NCBI RefSeq assembly: GCF_026625565.1
Contig: NZ_CP112998.1
Coordinates: 6,603,194-6,667,193 of the forward strand
DNA from: Dyadobacter pollutisoli
GTDB taxonomy: Bacteria; Bacteroidota; Bacteroidia; Cytophagales; Spirosomataceae
DNA: 64,000 bases
Direction: 5' to 3'
Shown here: positions 46,796-56,492 of the stretch, piece by piece
Numbering within the stretch: the stretch's first letter is position 1
Layout: the number at the start of each line of letters is the position of its first letter
Made by a program: the position numbers and the translations under genes
Notes under the pieces: generated by a model
What the model saw: the letters and a program-made list of their open reading frames with translations, nothing else
The model's database searches: none
Told to the model about the DNA's origin: nothing

Positions 46796-48006
46796 TGGCT
46801 AATCCAGTTCATTGAAACACTGTAATACCTACCCGTTGAATGCACGGCGGCCAGGTCATTGCAGCTGTTGTATAAATAGGTCTGGTAGTTTAAACTGTTG
46901 GCAACCGGCTTTAAGCCCCAATCATTTTGCAGCACATTGGAAACCTGCTGGCGGGTCAGCCTTGGCATATTCCGCTTCAAAAGTTCAAGCATGTCCTTAT
47001 TGGTGAATTCGAGCTTGCTGATGCCGGTGTTCTCAAAAATCTCTCGAAGGATAAAGAGCATTTCCGTTTCCAAACGGTTGCGGTTGTTGCGGATGACGCG
47101 CAGCAATGCTTCGGTACGTATCTGCCTTTCAGAAAACCACATCCTGGTTTGGGCAACCGGCACTGACAGGTTTCGGCAGAGCAGATAATGCAGGAAGGCT
47201 GGAACCTCGCTAGCCATTAGATCCAGCAGATGGATATTTTCCGAGGGAAGCACGGGCACCTTGCGTACCCAATACCGGGTTTCGGCCGGATCAATAACAA
47301 TGAAGTTCTCTTCATTATTAGAGCACAATACAAACTTGCCGAAAAACTCGGTTTCCTTCCGGTCCTTGCCTTTGGCTTCCACCTTCGAATTCCGGGCAGT
47401 GCTCAGGTTTTTGATCTTTTCTGAATCCTCCCTGCGGTCGAGCAGCACTTCATCGACGGCAATGATCAAGGTGTTCATCCAGTCGGAATTGAATTGCGAG
47501 CGGAAATCGCTGTTGCCGTTAAAGGTCATGTTCTTTCCAAAGATCATTTTCAGAAAATTCAGGAAGGTGGTCTTCCCGGTTTTGCGCTCTTTGGAGACCA
47601 GGCACAGTACTGGAAGCTTCTGTGTCGGTCTTTGGTAAAGAAGACTCAGATAGTCCAGGCCAAGCTCAAACTGCTCTCCGAAAATGTGCCGTATAAAACC
47701 GAGCGTTACAGACGGATCACCCGGTTCGGGTTTCGCTTCCAGCCGGTGGTATAGGTTGTAAAAGTTTCCCACAATCTCTTTGTAATCCACGTGGTCGGGC
47801 ACGCAACAGAAACCGTCAAACTTTCTGATCTTTTTAATCTGGCTTGGTTCCAGGTCTTGCCGGAGCATTTCGGCTGACCATGGGATCCACATCTCCATAA
47901 ATTCCTTGCTGACCGTCGGTTGCATACACTTTTTGAAATAGCCGGTCTGAACCCGTATATAGCTGCCTGGCAGGTTCAACGGATAGTTGTTGGCGGACAT
48001 CATCAA
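46774..48006 (-). CDS. P-loop NTPase, primase-helicase/VirE-like (410 aa)
   Basis: Walker A VSKERKTGKTTFLNF, and Walker B-like IIAVDEV. Confidence 0.65.
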   Translation of the reverse strand: MMMSANNYPLNLPGSYIRVQTGYFKKCMQPTVSKEFMEMWIPWSAEMLRQDLEPSQIKKIRKFDGFCCVPDHVDYKEIVGNFYNLYHRLEAKPEPGDPSVTLGFIRHIFGEQFELGLDYLSLLYQRPTQKLPVLCLVSKERKTGKTTFLNFLKMIFGKNMTFNGNSDFRSQFNSDWMNTLIIAVDEVLLDRREDSEKIKNLSTARNSKVEAKGKDRKETEFFGKFVLCSNNEENFIVIDPAETRYWVRKVPVLPSENIHLLDLMASEVPAFLHYLLCRNLSVPVAQTRMWFSERQIRTEALLRVIRNNRNRLETEMLFILREIFENTGISKLEFTNKDMLELLKRNMPRLTRQQVSNVLQNDWGLKPVANSLNYQTYLYNSCNDLAAVHSTGRYYSVSMNWISQKFDEGP

Positions 48007-48015
48007 GTAAACCGC

Positions 48016-48387
48016 TTAGTGACGTCTGCCTTTGCGTCCAACCACAAGGGACGGGAGCTGTTCCCGGAGTTCGGACATGGTTTTCTTCTTGCCAGACTTG
48101 ATCCACTCTTCCAGCTCGGACTTATAGAAGTAAAGCCTTTTCCCCTTTTTGCTGACAGGGATCTCACGGTGGCAGACTTTGCCATAAAGCGTCTGCACGG
48201 AGAGGTTTAGAAACTCAGCTGCCTGGGAAATCGTCATGAGCTCGATGGTCTGCGGAACGGGCTGTCTAGATTCTAAAAGAAGGTCTTGGATGCTGTCAAG
48301 CTTTTGGTGTAGCTCGGATACTGCGTGGGGCAGCTGGTCAAATGAGTAATGATCCATAACATTGCGTGTTTTTGTTTGATACGGCAA
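48016..48387 (-). CDS. Excisionase-like helix-turn-helix DNA-binding protein
   Basis: MTISQAAEFLNLSVQTLYGKVCHREIPVSKKGKRLYFYKSELEEWI is an HTH_17/Xis-type fold; located next to the replication/mobilization genes. Confidence 0.7.
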   Translation of the reverse strand: MPYQTKTRNVMDHYSFDQLPHAVSELHQKLDSIQDLLLESRQPVPQTIELMTISQAAEFLNLSVQTLYGKVCHREIPVSKKGKRLYFYKSELEEWIKSGKKKTMSELREQLPSLVVGRKGRRH

Positions 48388-48670
48388 TGTTAGGTGCTTG
48401 TTTTGGTGGGTTACAAGTAGTCAGCTGTGTAACCTCACTTTTACCTACCGATATTTTTTGATTTTTTGCTGAAAGTTACTTTAATGTTGCGGGAGAATAT
48501 GATTGTAGCCAACCAGGGCTACAGGCAAAGCGAGTCAAACAGAATAGCCTGCTTATCGAGTAAAAGGGAAAGAAGAGCTGGCGCAGCAGAAAAAGGCCGA
48601 TTTCGATTTGGGATGTGAAAATTATTCAGCTAGCAACGACACAACAATGGACAACTAATAAATCAAAAAA

Positions 48671-49213
48671 ATGGGTTTTGGGTTTAATTTATTTTTCGTT
48701 TTTATACTTGTTCCCTTAATAGGGATCCTTTTAGTGACTTGGTTGCTGACGAGAAAGAAAATCTTTGGTAAGTTGTTTGGAATTGTTTGGCTTGGAATAT
48801 TCGGACTGGCATTATTTTCTGGATTTATTCAATGGTTGACAGCTAAAACAAAATTAGAGAAGAAGGACTATTACGGGCAATACATTGTAAACCGTGACTA
48901 TTTTCCGGGAAAACAAGCGGATTGGCAATACAACAATTTCAGATTCGAAATAAAAGAGAACGACTCAATTTATTTCTACGTGACTAACAAAGAGAAAATA
49001 CTAAGACGATATGAGGGAACAATTACAACGACAAAACCATATCTTTATCGTTCAGAGCGACTTATAATAAATATGAAGCAACCAACACATCACATTATGA
49101 CAAGTTACCCGACAACTTACCGAAGTGCATGGAGTTTTTATTTGGTTTTCTTCTCACCGAAATTCAATAATGTCTATTTCAAAAAGGGCAAATGGAAGCC
49201 GCTTGATAACTAA
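48671..49213 (+). CDS. Hypothetical membrane-anchored protein (element cargo)
   Basis: Two N-terminal TM helices, then a Tyr-rich soluble domain; 180 aa. Confidence 0.5.
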   Translation: MGFGFNLFFVFILVPLIGILLVTWLLTRKKIFGKLFGIVWLGIFGLALFSGFIQWLTAKTKLEKKDYYGQYIVNRDYFPGKQADWQYNNFRFEIKENDSIYFYVTNKEKILRRYEGTITTTKPYLYRSERLIINMKQPTHHIMTSYPTTYRSAWSFYLVFFSPKFNNVYFKKGKWKPLDN

Positions 49214-49214
49214 A

Positions 49215-50207
49215 TCACTTTTGACTTGTACTTGAACTTTCACTCCCCTTTTTACTTCTGGCAGCGGGAGCCAAAGCTAAACCAGTAGAGCTATTCTTCA
49301 TTACTTCCAAAATTGGAGACTTGCAAATTTTAACATCTGACGAGATAATCCCATTAAGGTAGCCAGCGGTAAATGGTTTAGCTTGTGCATTTGCGACGTA
49401 CATATAATGCTCAATAATCCAGCTTTCAAGCTCCGCCTTGTTACAGGAAACGATCAGGTTGGCTTCAATTAGCTGTTTGAATGCATCAGCAAGCTGATTA
49501 CCATTGCTGTTGAAGAGCAGTTTCTGCTTAGGAGTAATGTTGTTGTTCAGCAGCGTGAATAACGGTTGCTGGTCTTTCTCTTCAAAATACTCCTTGAAGA
49601 TCTTGAAAAATTGATCGGCTATACCTTCAACAAATACAGGATAGCGGCGGATTCGTATTGGCGTCGGTTCACCATCACTTATCTTTTCTACGTCCGAATC
49701 TTGACCTTCCGTTTTTACAAGCGCAGTGATTTCCGCGATAAAGTCGGCCAGACTTTCTTCTCTTTCGCTAATTGAATCGCAAAGATCCTCGACAAACTCT
49801 GGTGTAACGATAACATCTGTCTTATCAGGCTCCAAAATATCAGTGTAAAAGATCTCGGCAAACTCAATAGCAAGCAAAAAGTTGTCCCGCATATTTTCTC
49901 CATTTGCAGGGTAATGACGGAAGTAATTTTCCCAAAACCTGTTGAATAGCGATAACAGCTTCTTTGTCTGATCCAGATAAGCTTTTCGTCTCCCAGTATC
50001 TGCGCCAATAATGTCAATGACAGCTAGGTCCTTTAAGATTTGCAACCGCTTTAGAAACTGCAATGAGAAATGTGAGGTCTGGTGGGTGATGTCATAGCCA
50101 GCCTTGAAGACTGGGCCGAGTTCAGAGGGCTCGCGTTTGTCCCTAATTTCAGTTAGTCGAAGGTCAAATTTTTGTAAGAATGTGAAATATTCTTTGAAAT
50201 GCTCCAT
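49215..50207 (-). CDS. Hypothetical protein (330 aa), next to the integrase
   Basis: Long ORF, acidic, no recognised domain. Confidence 0.55.
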   Translation of the reverse strand: MEHFKEYFTFLQKFDLRLTEIRDKREPSELGPVFKAGYDITHQTSHFSLQFLKRLQILKDLAVIDIIGADTGRRKAYLDQTKKLLSLFNRFWENYFRHYPANGENMRDNFLLAIEFAEIFYTDILEPDKTDVIVTPEFVEDLCDSISEREESLADFIAEITALVKTEGQDSDVEKISDGEPTPIRIRRYPVFVEGIADQFFKIFKEYFEEKDQQPLFTLLNNNITPKQKLLFNSNGNQLADAFKQLIEANLIVSCNKAELESWIIEHYMYVANAQAKPFTAGYLNGIISSDVKICKSPILEVMKNSSTGLALAPAARSKKGSESSSTSQK

Positions 50208-50256
50208 GCTTAATAAAATCTAGTACAGACTATCAGACGATGCTTACGGTCAAAAA

Positions 50257-51669
50257 CTACAACAGCGCGTTGAGATATTTCTTTGTTTTTTCATCGTCAA
50301 AACTACCTAAATAGCTTTCTGTGGTCGAAATCGAGGTGTGACCAAGCGACTGGCTGATAAATGCCAAGGGGGCTTCGGACTGTAGAAGGATCGTGGCAAA
50401 GGAATGCCTGGCACTATATGTATTCACATTTCCCTGTATCTTAAGAGTCTCTGCAATTTTCCGCATATACTGATTGGTCACTTTTATCACCTGTTTGATT
50501 ACGCGTCCTTGTCGATCTGCAGTCATTCCTTCATTTAAAAACGGAAAGACATAGTTCCTGGGATTTTTATCGGGACTTGCCCATCGATTTATGATCTCCA
50601 AGCTTTGAGGGAAAAGTGCAACTTTTATTTTGGTTTGGTTGCTCTTGCGTGTTCTAGCTGTTTTCTGACGCACAAATGAAAGCCTATCGCCTTCAACATC
50701 TTCCCATTTCAGTCGACAAATATCATTCATGTTCATTCCGTTGCATAAATATGAAAACAGCCAGAGATCTAGACTTCTCTGTTCCATGCCGACGGAGGGC
50801 TTATATGCCATAAACTTCAGAATATCTTCCTTCTTCAAAGCCTTTTTGGTGTTGGAACCTGCGGGAATGACGTAACGATTTTTTCCAAATGGATAAGATG
50901 CGCGGTCGACAATGCCTTGTTCAATGGCATCATTATATACAGAGCGCATATGCCGGCAGTAAATCCCGACGGTTGTTAGGCTTGCGGGAGAAGCGCTTCC
51001 AATCGCACTTCTAGAAACACTTCCGGATTGTAGCATCCATTTTTCATATTTTATTAGAAAGGCAGGCGTAATATCCTTGAAAAATATGGTGTTGTCTGGC
51101 TGGACTACTGTTTTACGTGCAGTCGGCACTCGGTCGAAGAGCTCGTTCCATTGTTGGTTACTCAATGATTTAACAAACCTGAGAAGTGAACTTGCAGTAG
51201 AGAGATAATTAGATGCATTGCCCATTCTGCCATCGCTTTCCATTCGGGAAGCTTTGTCTTTAAGTGCTGCGATTATATCGTTGACATCTTTGGTGCTCTT
51301 AATTTTTATTTCTCGCGAGCCCTGAGCACCTATTGAATAGGCGAATCTTTCAAAGCTGAAATCATCACCCAGATTGCCAATAATGGTTTGTGCCTTGGAT
51401 AAGTAGCTTGGCGTTTCCTTGCCGGTATATTCTTCATGATAAAAGTTTCCAAAAAGCATGTTCCAAAGTCGCCTCCTGCCATCATTTTTTACCTGACCTG
51501 GTAGACCGGATTTATGCTTTTTTAAGAATGTCCAATCGTCCTCTGATAACTTGACCCCGGTCGTAAACAAACGCTGCTTCCCGTCAAAACAGACCAGCCA
51601 TTTTACAATACCTTCACCCTCTTTCGACGCCCTTTTATCAAGGAATAAATTAACGGTTACTGAGCTCAT
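50257..51669 (-). CDS. Tyrosine recombinase/integrase of the element (470 aa)
   Basis: C-terminal ARHSFATILLQ...LGHTSISTTESYLGS (H-x-x-R ... Y). 170 bp from attR, with TTGCAATA x2 sites in between. Confidence 0.9.
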   Translation of the reverse strand: MSSVTVNLFLDKRASKEGEGIVKWLVCFDGKQRLFTTGVKLSEDDWTFLKKHKSGLPGQVKNDGRRRLWNMLFGNFYHEEYTGKETPSYLSKAQTIIGNLGDDFSFERFAYSIGAQGSREIKIKSTKDVNDIIAALKDKASRMESDGRMGNASNYLSTASSLLRFVKSLSNQQWNELFDRVPTARKTVVQPDNTIFFKDITPAFLIKYEKWMLQSGSVSRSAIGSASPASLTTVGIYCRHMRSVYNDAIEQGIVDRASYPFGKNRYVIPAGSNTKKALKKEDILKFMAYKPSVGMEQRSLDLWLFSYLCNGMNMNDICRLKWEDVEGDRLSFVRQKTARTRKSNQTKIKVALFPQSLEIINRWASPDKNPRNYVFPFLNEGMTADRQGRVIKQVIKVTNQYMRKIAETLKIQGNVNTYSARHSFATILLQSEAPLAFISQSLGHTSISTTESYLGSFDDEKTKKYLNALL

Positions 51670-51839
51670 GATTTGTTGTCATTTGGTGCAGGTTGCAATA
51701 GAACTTGCAATACAAATTTAAAAAACAACCGAAAACAAAACCAAATGCTCATCAAAATAAAATTTATAACTATCTGATTATTAGCATGTTTAAAAAATAT
51801 CGAAAAGAATTAAATAACTATGAAAAGGCCATTTTACAC

Positions 51840-51884
51840 GACTACGGATCAGGAGGTTTGGGGTTCGAATCCCTACGTGACCAC
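51840..51884 (+). repeat. attR: second copy of the 45-bp tRNA-Arg 3' segment
   Basis: Identical to 39170..39214; lacks the tRNA 5' half. Confidence 0.9.
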
Positions 51885-51917
51885 AACTAAGGCGCCTTTC
51901 GCAAGATAGGCGCTTTT

Positions 51918-52505
51918 TTGTTGTGGCCTAAGCACCTGATACGGATAAGAAGATTTTACATAGATTTGTATCTCATTGGCACCACTAGCAGTATGGACAT
52001 TACAGCGTATCCAACGTTTCAAACTGGAAATCAAGAGTTTAGCTTTTTTAGCGTTGGACACTTAGGAGAAATTGAGTTGCGGATGCGCATTACGTTAATG
52101 GACGCTGAAACCAGATTTTATAACATCGGATTTGGTGTTTGGGACACTTGGAAAAGAGACATTGATGATAAAGCCACGATTAGAAACGGTGACACAGACC
52201 GTATTTTAGCAACAGTCGGGCAAAAAGCGTTGGAATTTCTAAGACAGAACCCGCGTGCGAACATCGCCGCAACGGGGTCAGTTTTACCAGGTGAGCTAGC
52301 TTTGAGGACCCGGAAATACCAGATGGGCATTAATGCATATTACAATGAGTTAACTGAATTTTGTAATGTATATGGGTTTAAAGCAAATAAGGTGGATGGA
52401 ATGATAATCGGCGATTGGCCGGATTGGAACGGAGAGTGGGTTCCTTTTAAGCAAGGCACCAATTATGATGCATTTTTGTTAAATTTGAAAAGGTTTGTAC
52501 TCTAA
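51918..52505 (+). CDS. Hypothetical protein (probably starts at the internal MDITAYP)
   Basis: ORF immediately outside attR; no recognised domain. A 51-aa ORF follows at 52526..52681. Confidence 0.4.
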   Translation: MLWPKHLIRIRRFYIDLYLIGTTSSMDITAYPTFQTGNQEFSFFSVGHLGEIELRMRITLMDAETRFYNIGFGVWDTWKRDIDDKATIRNGDTDRILATVGQKALEFLRQNPRANIAATGSVLPGELALRTRKYQMGINAYYNELTEFCNVYGFKANKVDGMIIGDWPDWNGEWVPFKQGTNYDAFLLNLKRFVL

Positions 52506-52750
52506 TCTAAGATTAAAGGGAAAATATGGCTACCGAAAATCCAAAGACGGCAAAAGAGAAAAGTCAGAAAGCTTTGCAGCCTACGGCGGTAACTTCAGAG
52601 CAATCGACTTTTGACCGCAAGGCAGAAGAAATGAAAGCTTTTCTGAAAAGAAACCCTGTTCCAAAAGAATTTCTGAATTGACCTTGCCCGGATCACCATT
52701 GTTATCATAGCTTCGGTGTTCCAGGCCATCTAACAACAAGGGGCGACTAC

Positions 52751-53263
52751 CTACCTCCCAATCAACCGCTCCAACCGCCCCATCATCTCATCCTTCTCCC
52801 TCAACATCCGCTCATACAATGCAATCTTCTCCTCGTGAAGCTGCATCAATTTATCAATCGGATTATTATGATAAGTTTCAACTGAATTTGCGACAAATGA
52901 TCCGCTGTGAAAGGTATTGGAAATAATATTCATAGCTTTCTCCTCATCAAAATTCCGAATCGCCTCAGCCGGGATTTTGAGAATGGCCGAAACCTGCTCC
53001 AATAGATTAGAATCGATCTTTTCCTTCTGTTCGAGTAATGATATCTTCTGCTGGTTCCAGTCTTCGCCGAGCTCGAACGCAAGGAAATCTTGCTTTATAC
53101 CGAGCATTTCTCGAAATCTTTTCAAGTTCCGGCCTTCGTGGATCTTGGGGTTGGAGGTAGTGGGTGTCATGTGGAAAGCGATTTTTTGAAAAGGCAATTT
53201 ATATAAATCCGCCGGGAAGTTTCCGGATAATTTACGGGCTTTGCGATGTAAGTTACCGGGCAT
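52751..53263 (-). CDS. XRE-family HTH transcriptional regulator
   Basis: HTH LKRFREMLGIKQDFLAFELGEDWNQQKISLLEQ; likely start at the internal MTPTTS (about 53170). Confidence 0.65.
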   Translation of the reverse strand: MPGNLHRKARKLSGNFPADLYKLPFQKIAFHMTPTTSNPKIHEGRNLKRFREMLGIKQDFLAFELGEDWNQQKISLLEQKEKIDSNLLEQVSAILKIPAEAIRNFDEEKAMNIISNTFHSGSFVANSVETYHNNPIDKLMQLHEEKIALYERMLREKDEMMGRLERLIGR

Positions 53264-53278
53264 TGCCCGTATCTGCCT

Positions 53279-54616
53279 TTATTGGATGGTGACGATCTGG
53301 CCTAGCTTCTCGCTGATTTGCTTTGGATTTTTGAGATCATTACCGACAATCGCGTAGACTTCGTACCTACCCTGGGGAACTGATGCCGGAATTGGAAATT
53401 GACTGAATGTGGGTCCCCAACAAAGTACGGTCTCCCGTGAACCGGTACTTGGCAATATGTATTCCTGCCCTGTCTCCAAGTTCCTGATGCGGAGTGATAC
53501 CTTCGTAGTTTCACTACCATATCCATAAACAATATCAGCAACGATATTCTCGCTTTTGAGAAGAATATTGGTCGATTCATAAAAATAACATACACCTGAT
53601 TTCAGCAGCGACGGCCGGGATAGGATCCTCAGAAGTGGTTGCTTCTCAGCTGCCATGAAATTGAAATTCGCGTAGGGTGGATACGGATAGGATAGCGGCT
53701 GGTATTCTTTTGAATCTATAAAAATCTTCGCACGATAGTTACCGGGTTTGATGTTGTCAGGCATATTTAAAACCAGGGTATTGAAATCCTTTCTGACCAG
53801 TGCTATTTTAACGGCACTTACAAAGTCATTTTCAAGTTGCAACTCGTACGTATGGTCCGGGGCCAGATTGAATCCCGATAAAGTATACAAAGGACTACCG
53901 GCTACGAAAAACCCACCAACGTAATCAATTTCGGGTTTTCCATGCTTGACTTTAATGAGTCCGGGCCGATCCAGCACCTTACCTGCCCACCGGATTGTCA
54001 CGTCAAATACATCCGCAGGAGTTGTTTTGGGAATGTCGATCCTAATCATGCCAGGTGCGGAATCATCGCTCACGAACATAGCAGATATAATTTCAAACAT
54101 TTCACCCGAACGCTTGCTTTTCATGTTCACAATCGGGAAATAGTGCAACTTGCCGTTTTGATCTACAAAGGGAACACTACCAATATTCTCCATAGGTATC
54201 TGCATATGAGTATCGCGCGTAATGGTTACCTCATATTGTGCTGTATCTCCTTTCACATCCAACGGAACCGCAGGAATAACACAGATCCCAAACGATTGAT
54301 CTCCATACTTTTCGCTACTTACGTCCAGGAAAAAGCCAGTGGATTCATACCGGATACCTTTGCTGACATCAGTTTCAAGATTAAAACCTTTATTCATTTT
54401 AATGGACGGCAATATTATTTTGCCGTGCGCATAATCCAGAGGCAATCTGATAAATATGATCCTATCGGTGAAAGAAATATTTTCCTGGTCAACGCCTTCC
54501 ACCTTGAACTCCTGGAATGCAAAGGAAGCATCCTTGATAGCTGGCTGCGGATCCGACTTGTCTTTTTTACAGGAAAAAAGGGTTAGAAAAATGAATAGTA
54601 GGATCAGGTTTTTCAT
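53279..54616 (-). CDS. Lipoprotein of unknown function (445 aa)
   Basis: Lipobox LTLFSCKKD; beta-rich. Confidence 0.7.
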   Translation of the reverse strand: MKNLILLFIFLTLFSCKKDKSDPQPAIKDASFAFQEFKVEGVDQENISFTDRIIFIRLPLDYAHGKIILPSIKMNKGFNLETDVSKGIRYESTGFFLDVSSEKYGDQSFGICVIPAVPLDVKGDTAQYEVTITRDTHMQIPMENIGSVPFVDQNGKLHYFPIVNMKSKRSGEMFEIISAMFVSDDSAPGMIRIDIPKTTPADVFDVTIRWAGKVLDRPGLIKVKHGKPEIDYVGGFFVAGSPLYTLSGFNLAPDHTYELQLENDFVSAVKIALVRKDFNTLVLNMPDNIKPGNYRAKIFIDSKEYQPLSYPYPPYANFNFMAAEKQPLLRILSRPSLLKSGVCYFYESTNILLKSENIVADIVYGYGSETTKVSLRIRNLETGQEYILPSTGSRETVLCWGPTFSQFPIPASVPQGRYEVYAIVGNDLKNPKQISEKLGQIVTIQ

Positions 54617-54766
54617 AGCTGGATTTTTTGCAGCCTTGCAATGGAATCTTTCGATACATCAGCTGATGCAGAAGTCTTTCATTTTTTCAATGGCCTATTT
54701 TTAATCCAAATTAATCTTTTCGATTCAAAGGAGAAAAGAAATTAACAAATAGTTACAACGCGTTTA

Positions 54767-55447
54767 CTAGAAGTTATACCCAAAGTGCAAGCCCGGCTGC
54801 CCGAAGAAGAATCTTGACCATCTATCGTCAACCTGTTTAAACGAATCAGGCATTTTTGATTGATAGGGACGATGTGTTATTGCTATTGAAGGTTGGAAAA
54901 AAAACCTATCCTTGAAAAGTTTAATGTGATAACCAATGGAATAAGTGTTAAAGATTTGAAAGCCATTGTCAATCTTATTACCCTTCTCATTTGCAAAGGT
55001 TTGAAATGCAGGCATCACGTCAACCTGGGCAAAAAGTCCTTTCCATAAAAATCTGTAATAGGAAAGTGAAACTCCGTGTTCACGAATATAACCCGGAAAC
55101 CCTTCTCCTTCTGCTTCAAATGACTTTCCATAAGGAATGCCAATGGGCCAGGCATATTTCCAAGTTTTAAATTCAAGTGAAATTACATCCTTTCCTGTAA
55201 TGCGATAACCTAAGTTCAGATAGACCATTTCAGGCTTATTATTATCAGGTACCAAATTAGCTAGCATAAATAAGGTACTGCCTACAAAAAACTTTCTATA
55301 AGTGCTGTCTTCTTTGGCATATTGAGCCTTAACTTGTAACGTGCTTGCCATCATTAAAATCAAGGCAAACCATAAAATCTTCTTTTGCATATCAGTATCA
55401 TTAGTTGTTGAACGATAATGCAAAGGTAGATTGGCGGAATGCCACAA
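54767..55447 (-). CDS. Putative outer-membrane beta-barrel protein
   Basis: Signal peptide at the internal MQKKILWFALILMMAS (start about 55390); alternating amphipathic strands; C-terminal ...GYNF. Confidence 0.55.
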   Translation of the reverse strand: MWHSANLPLHYRSTTNDTDMQKKILWFALILMMASTLQVKAQYAKEDSTYRKFFVGSTLFMLANLVPDNNKPEMVYLNLGYRITGKDVISLEFKTWKYAWPIGIPYGKSFEAEGEGFPGYIREHGVSLSYYRFLWKGLFAQVDVMPAFQTFANEKGNKIDNGFQIFNTYSIGYHIKLFKDRFFFQPSIAITHRPYQSKMPDSFKQVDDRWSRFFFGQPGLHFGYNF

Positions 55448-55475
55448 CTCGTTGACTTAAGTTAAGAAATGAACC

Positions 55476-56057
55476 CTACCACTTACTTTTCTCTGTAATC
55501 CTGGCTCTTAACCTGCTTAAAGATTCGGGTTTGATGCCTAAATAGCTCGCTAACTGATGCTGTGGTACACGTTGAATAAGGTCTGGTCGTGATTGCAATA
55601 AATTCAAGTATCGTTGTTCAGGGGAAGAGGTCTTAAACTCGTCAAAATTGATTTGCTGTTTAGCCAAAAGTTCTTCCGATAAAATTCGGCACATTGATTC
55701 AAATTTTGGGAATTTATTGAAAATCTCGACTTCCATTTCAGGAGTTGAAATGGTAATTATTGAGTCTTCAATACAAGATATGTAATATTCGGAAGGTGCT
55801 TTATTGATAACACAAGGCGGTGTCAAGGCTTCCATTTCTGTATAGAATGCGGTTGTTTTTTCGACGCCGTCAATCATGTAATAACTCCGAATGCAACCTT
55901 TCAATACAAAGTATGCTTCATTAGAATGTTGTCCTTCTCTTAAAAGAATGGTGCCTTTTTTGATTGTCCGAAAGGTGTTCAAAGAGATGATGATATTCTT
56001 TTCATCTTCTGTCAGCGAAATGTATTTTGATATAAAGTCAAATAGTAGGTCTTGCAT
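55476..56057 (-). CDS. Crp/Fnr-family transcriptional regulator
   Basis: cNMP-binding-like N-domain and C-terminal HTH (RVPQHQLASYLGIKPESLSRLR). Confidence 0.8.
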   Translation of the reverse strand: MQDLLFDFISKYISLTEDEKNIIISLNTFRTIKKGTILLREGQHSNEAYFVLKGCIRSYYMIDGVEKTTAFYTEMEALTPPCVINKAPSEYYISCIEDSIITISTPEMEVEIFNKFPKFESMCRILSEELLAKQQINFDEFKTSSPEQRYLNLLQSRPDLIQRVPQHQLASYLGIKPESLSRLRARITEKSKW

Positions 56058-56101
56058 TTTCTGCTTTTCGTTATATGTACCAGGTAGTAAGCTTATCTAC
56101 A

Positions 56102-56453
56102 ACCTACCTATCCCCAATCAACCTTTCCAACCGCTCCATCATCTCATCCTTCTCCCTCAACATCCGTTCATACAATGCAATTTTTTCCTCGTGAAGCTGC
56201 ATCAATTATCAATCGGATTATTAGGTGCCAAATGAATTCCCGAAGAAAGCTTGTTCTTGAAATGTAATAAAAAGGCAATTTATGTAAATCCGTCGGGAAG
56301 TTTTCGGATAATTTACGGGCGGCCCGCGTAGGGCGTTGCGCGTAAGTTACCGGGCATTGCCTGTATCTGCGTTTATTGGATAGTGACGATCTGGCCTGGT
56401 CATTTTAAATGGATGGCAATATTATTTTGCCGCGCGCATAATCCAGAGGCAAA
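56102..56453 (-). pseudogene. Decayed duplicate of the 52751-54450 regulator/lipoprotein region (three collinear fragments)
   Basis: 56102-56225 is about 90% identical to 52751-52872. 56266-56400 matches 53185-53300 with a 21-bp GC-rich insertion. 56403-56450 matches 54400-54450. Indels break the reading frames. Confidence 0.75.
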
Positions 56454-56492
56454 AAGACGCAAGTATCAATTGCAAATTTCTATCTTCGTTCA

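Larger units (their letters stand above)
39170..51884. mobile_element. About 12.7-kb NBU-like integrative mobilizable element inserted in the 3' half of tRNA-Arg
   Basis: Bounded by a perfect 45-bp direct repeat. Carries tyrosine integrase, excisionase-like HTH, P-loop primase-helicase-like protein, toprim primase, MobC-like plus relaxase, and cargo. This gene set matches Bacteroides NBU1-type elements. Confidence 0.85.
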
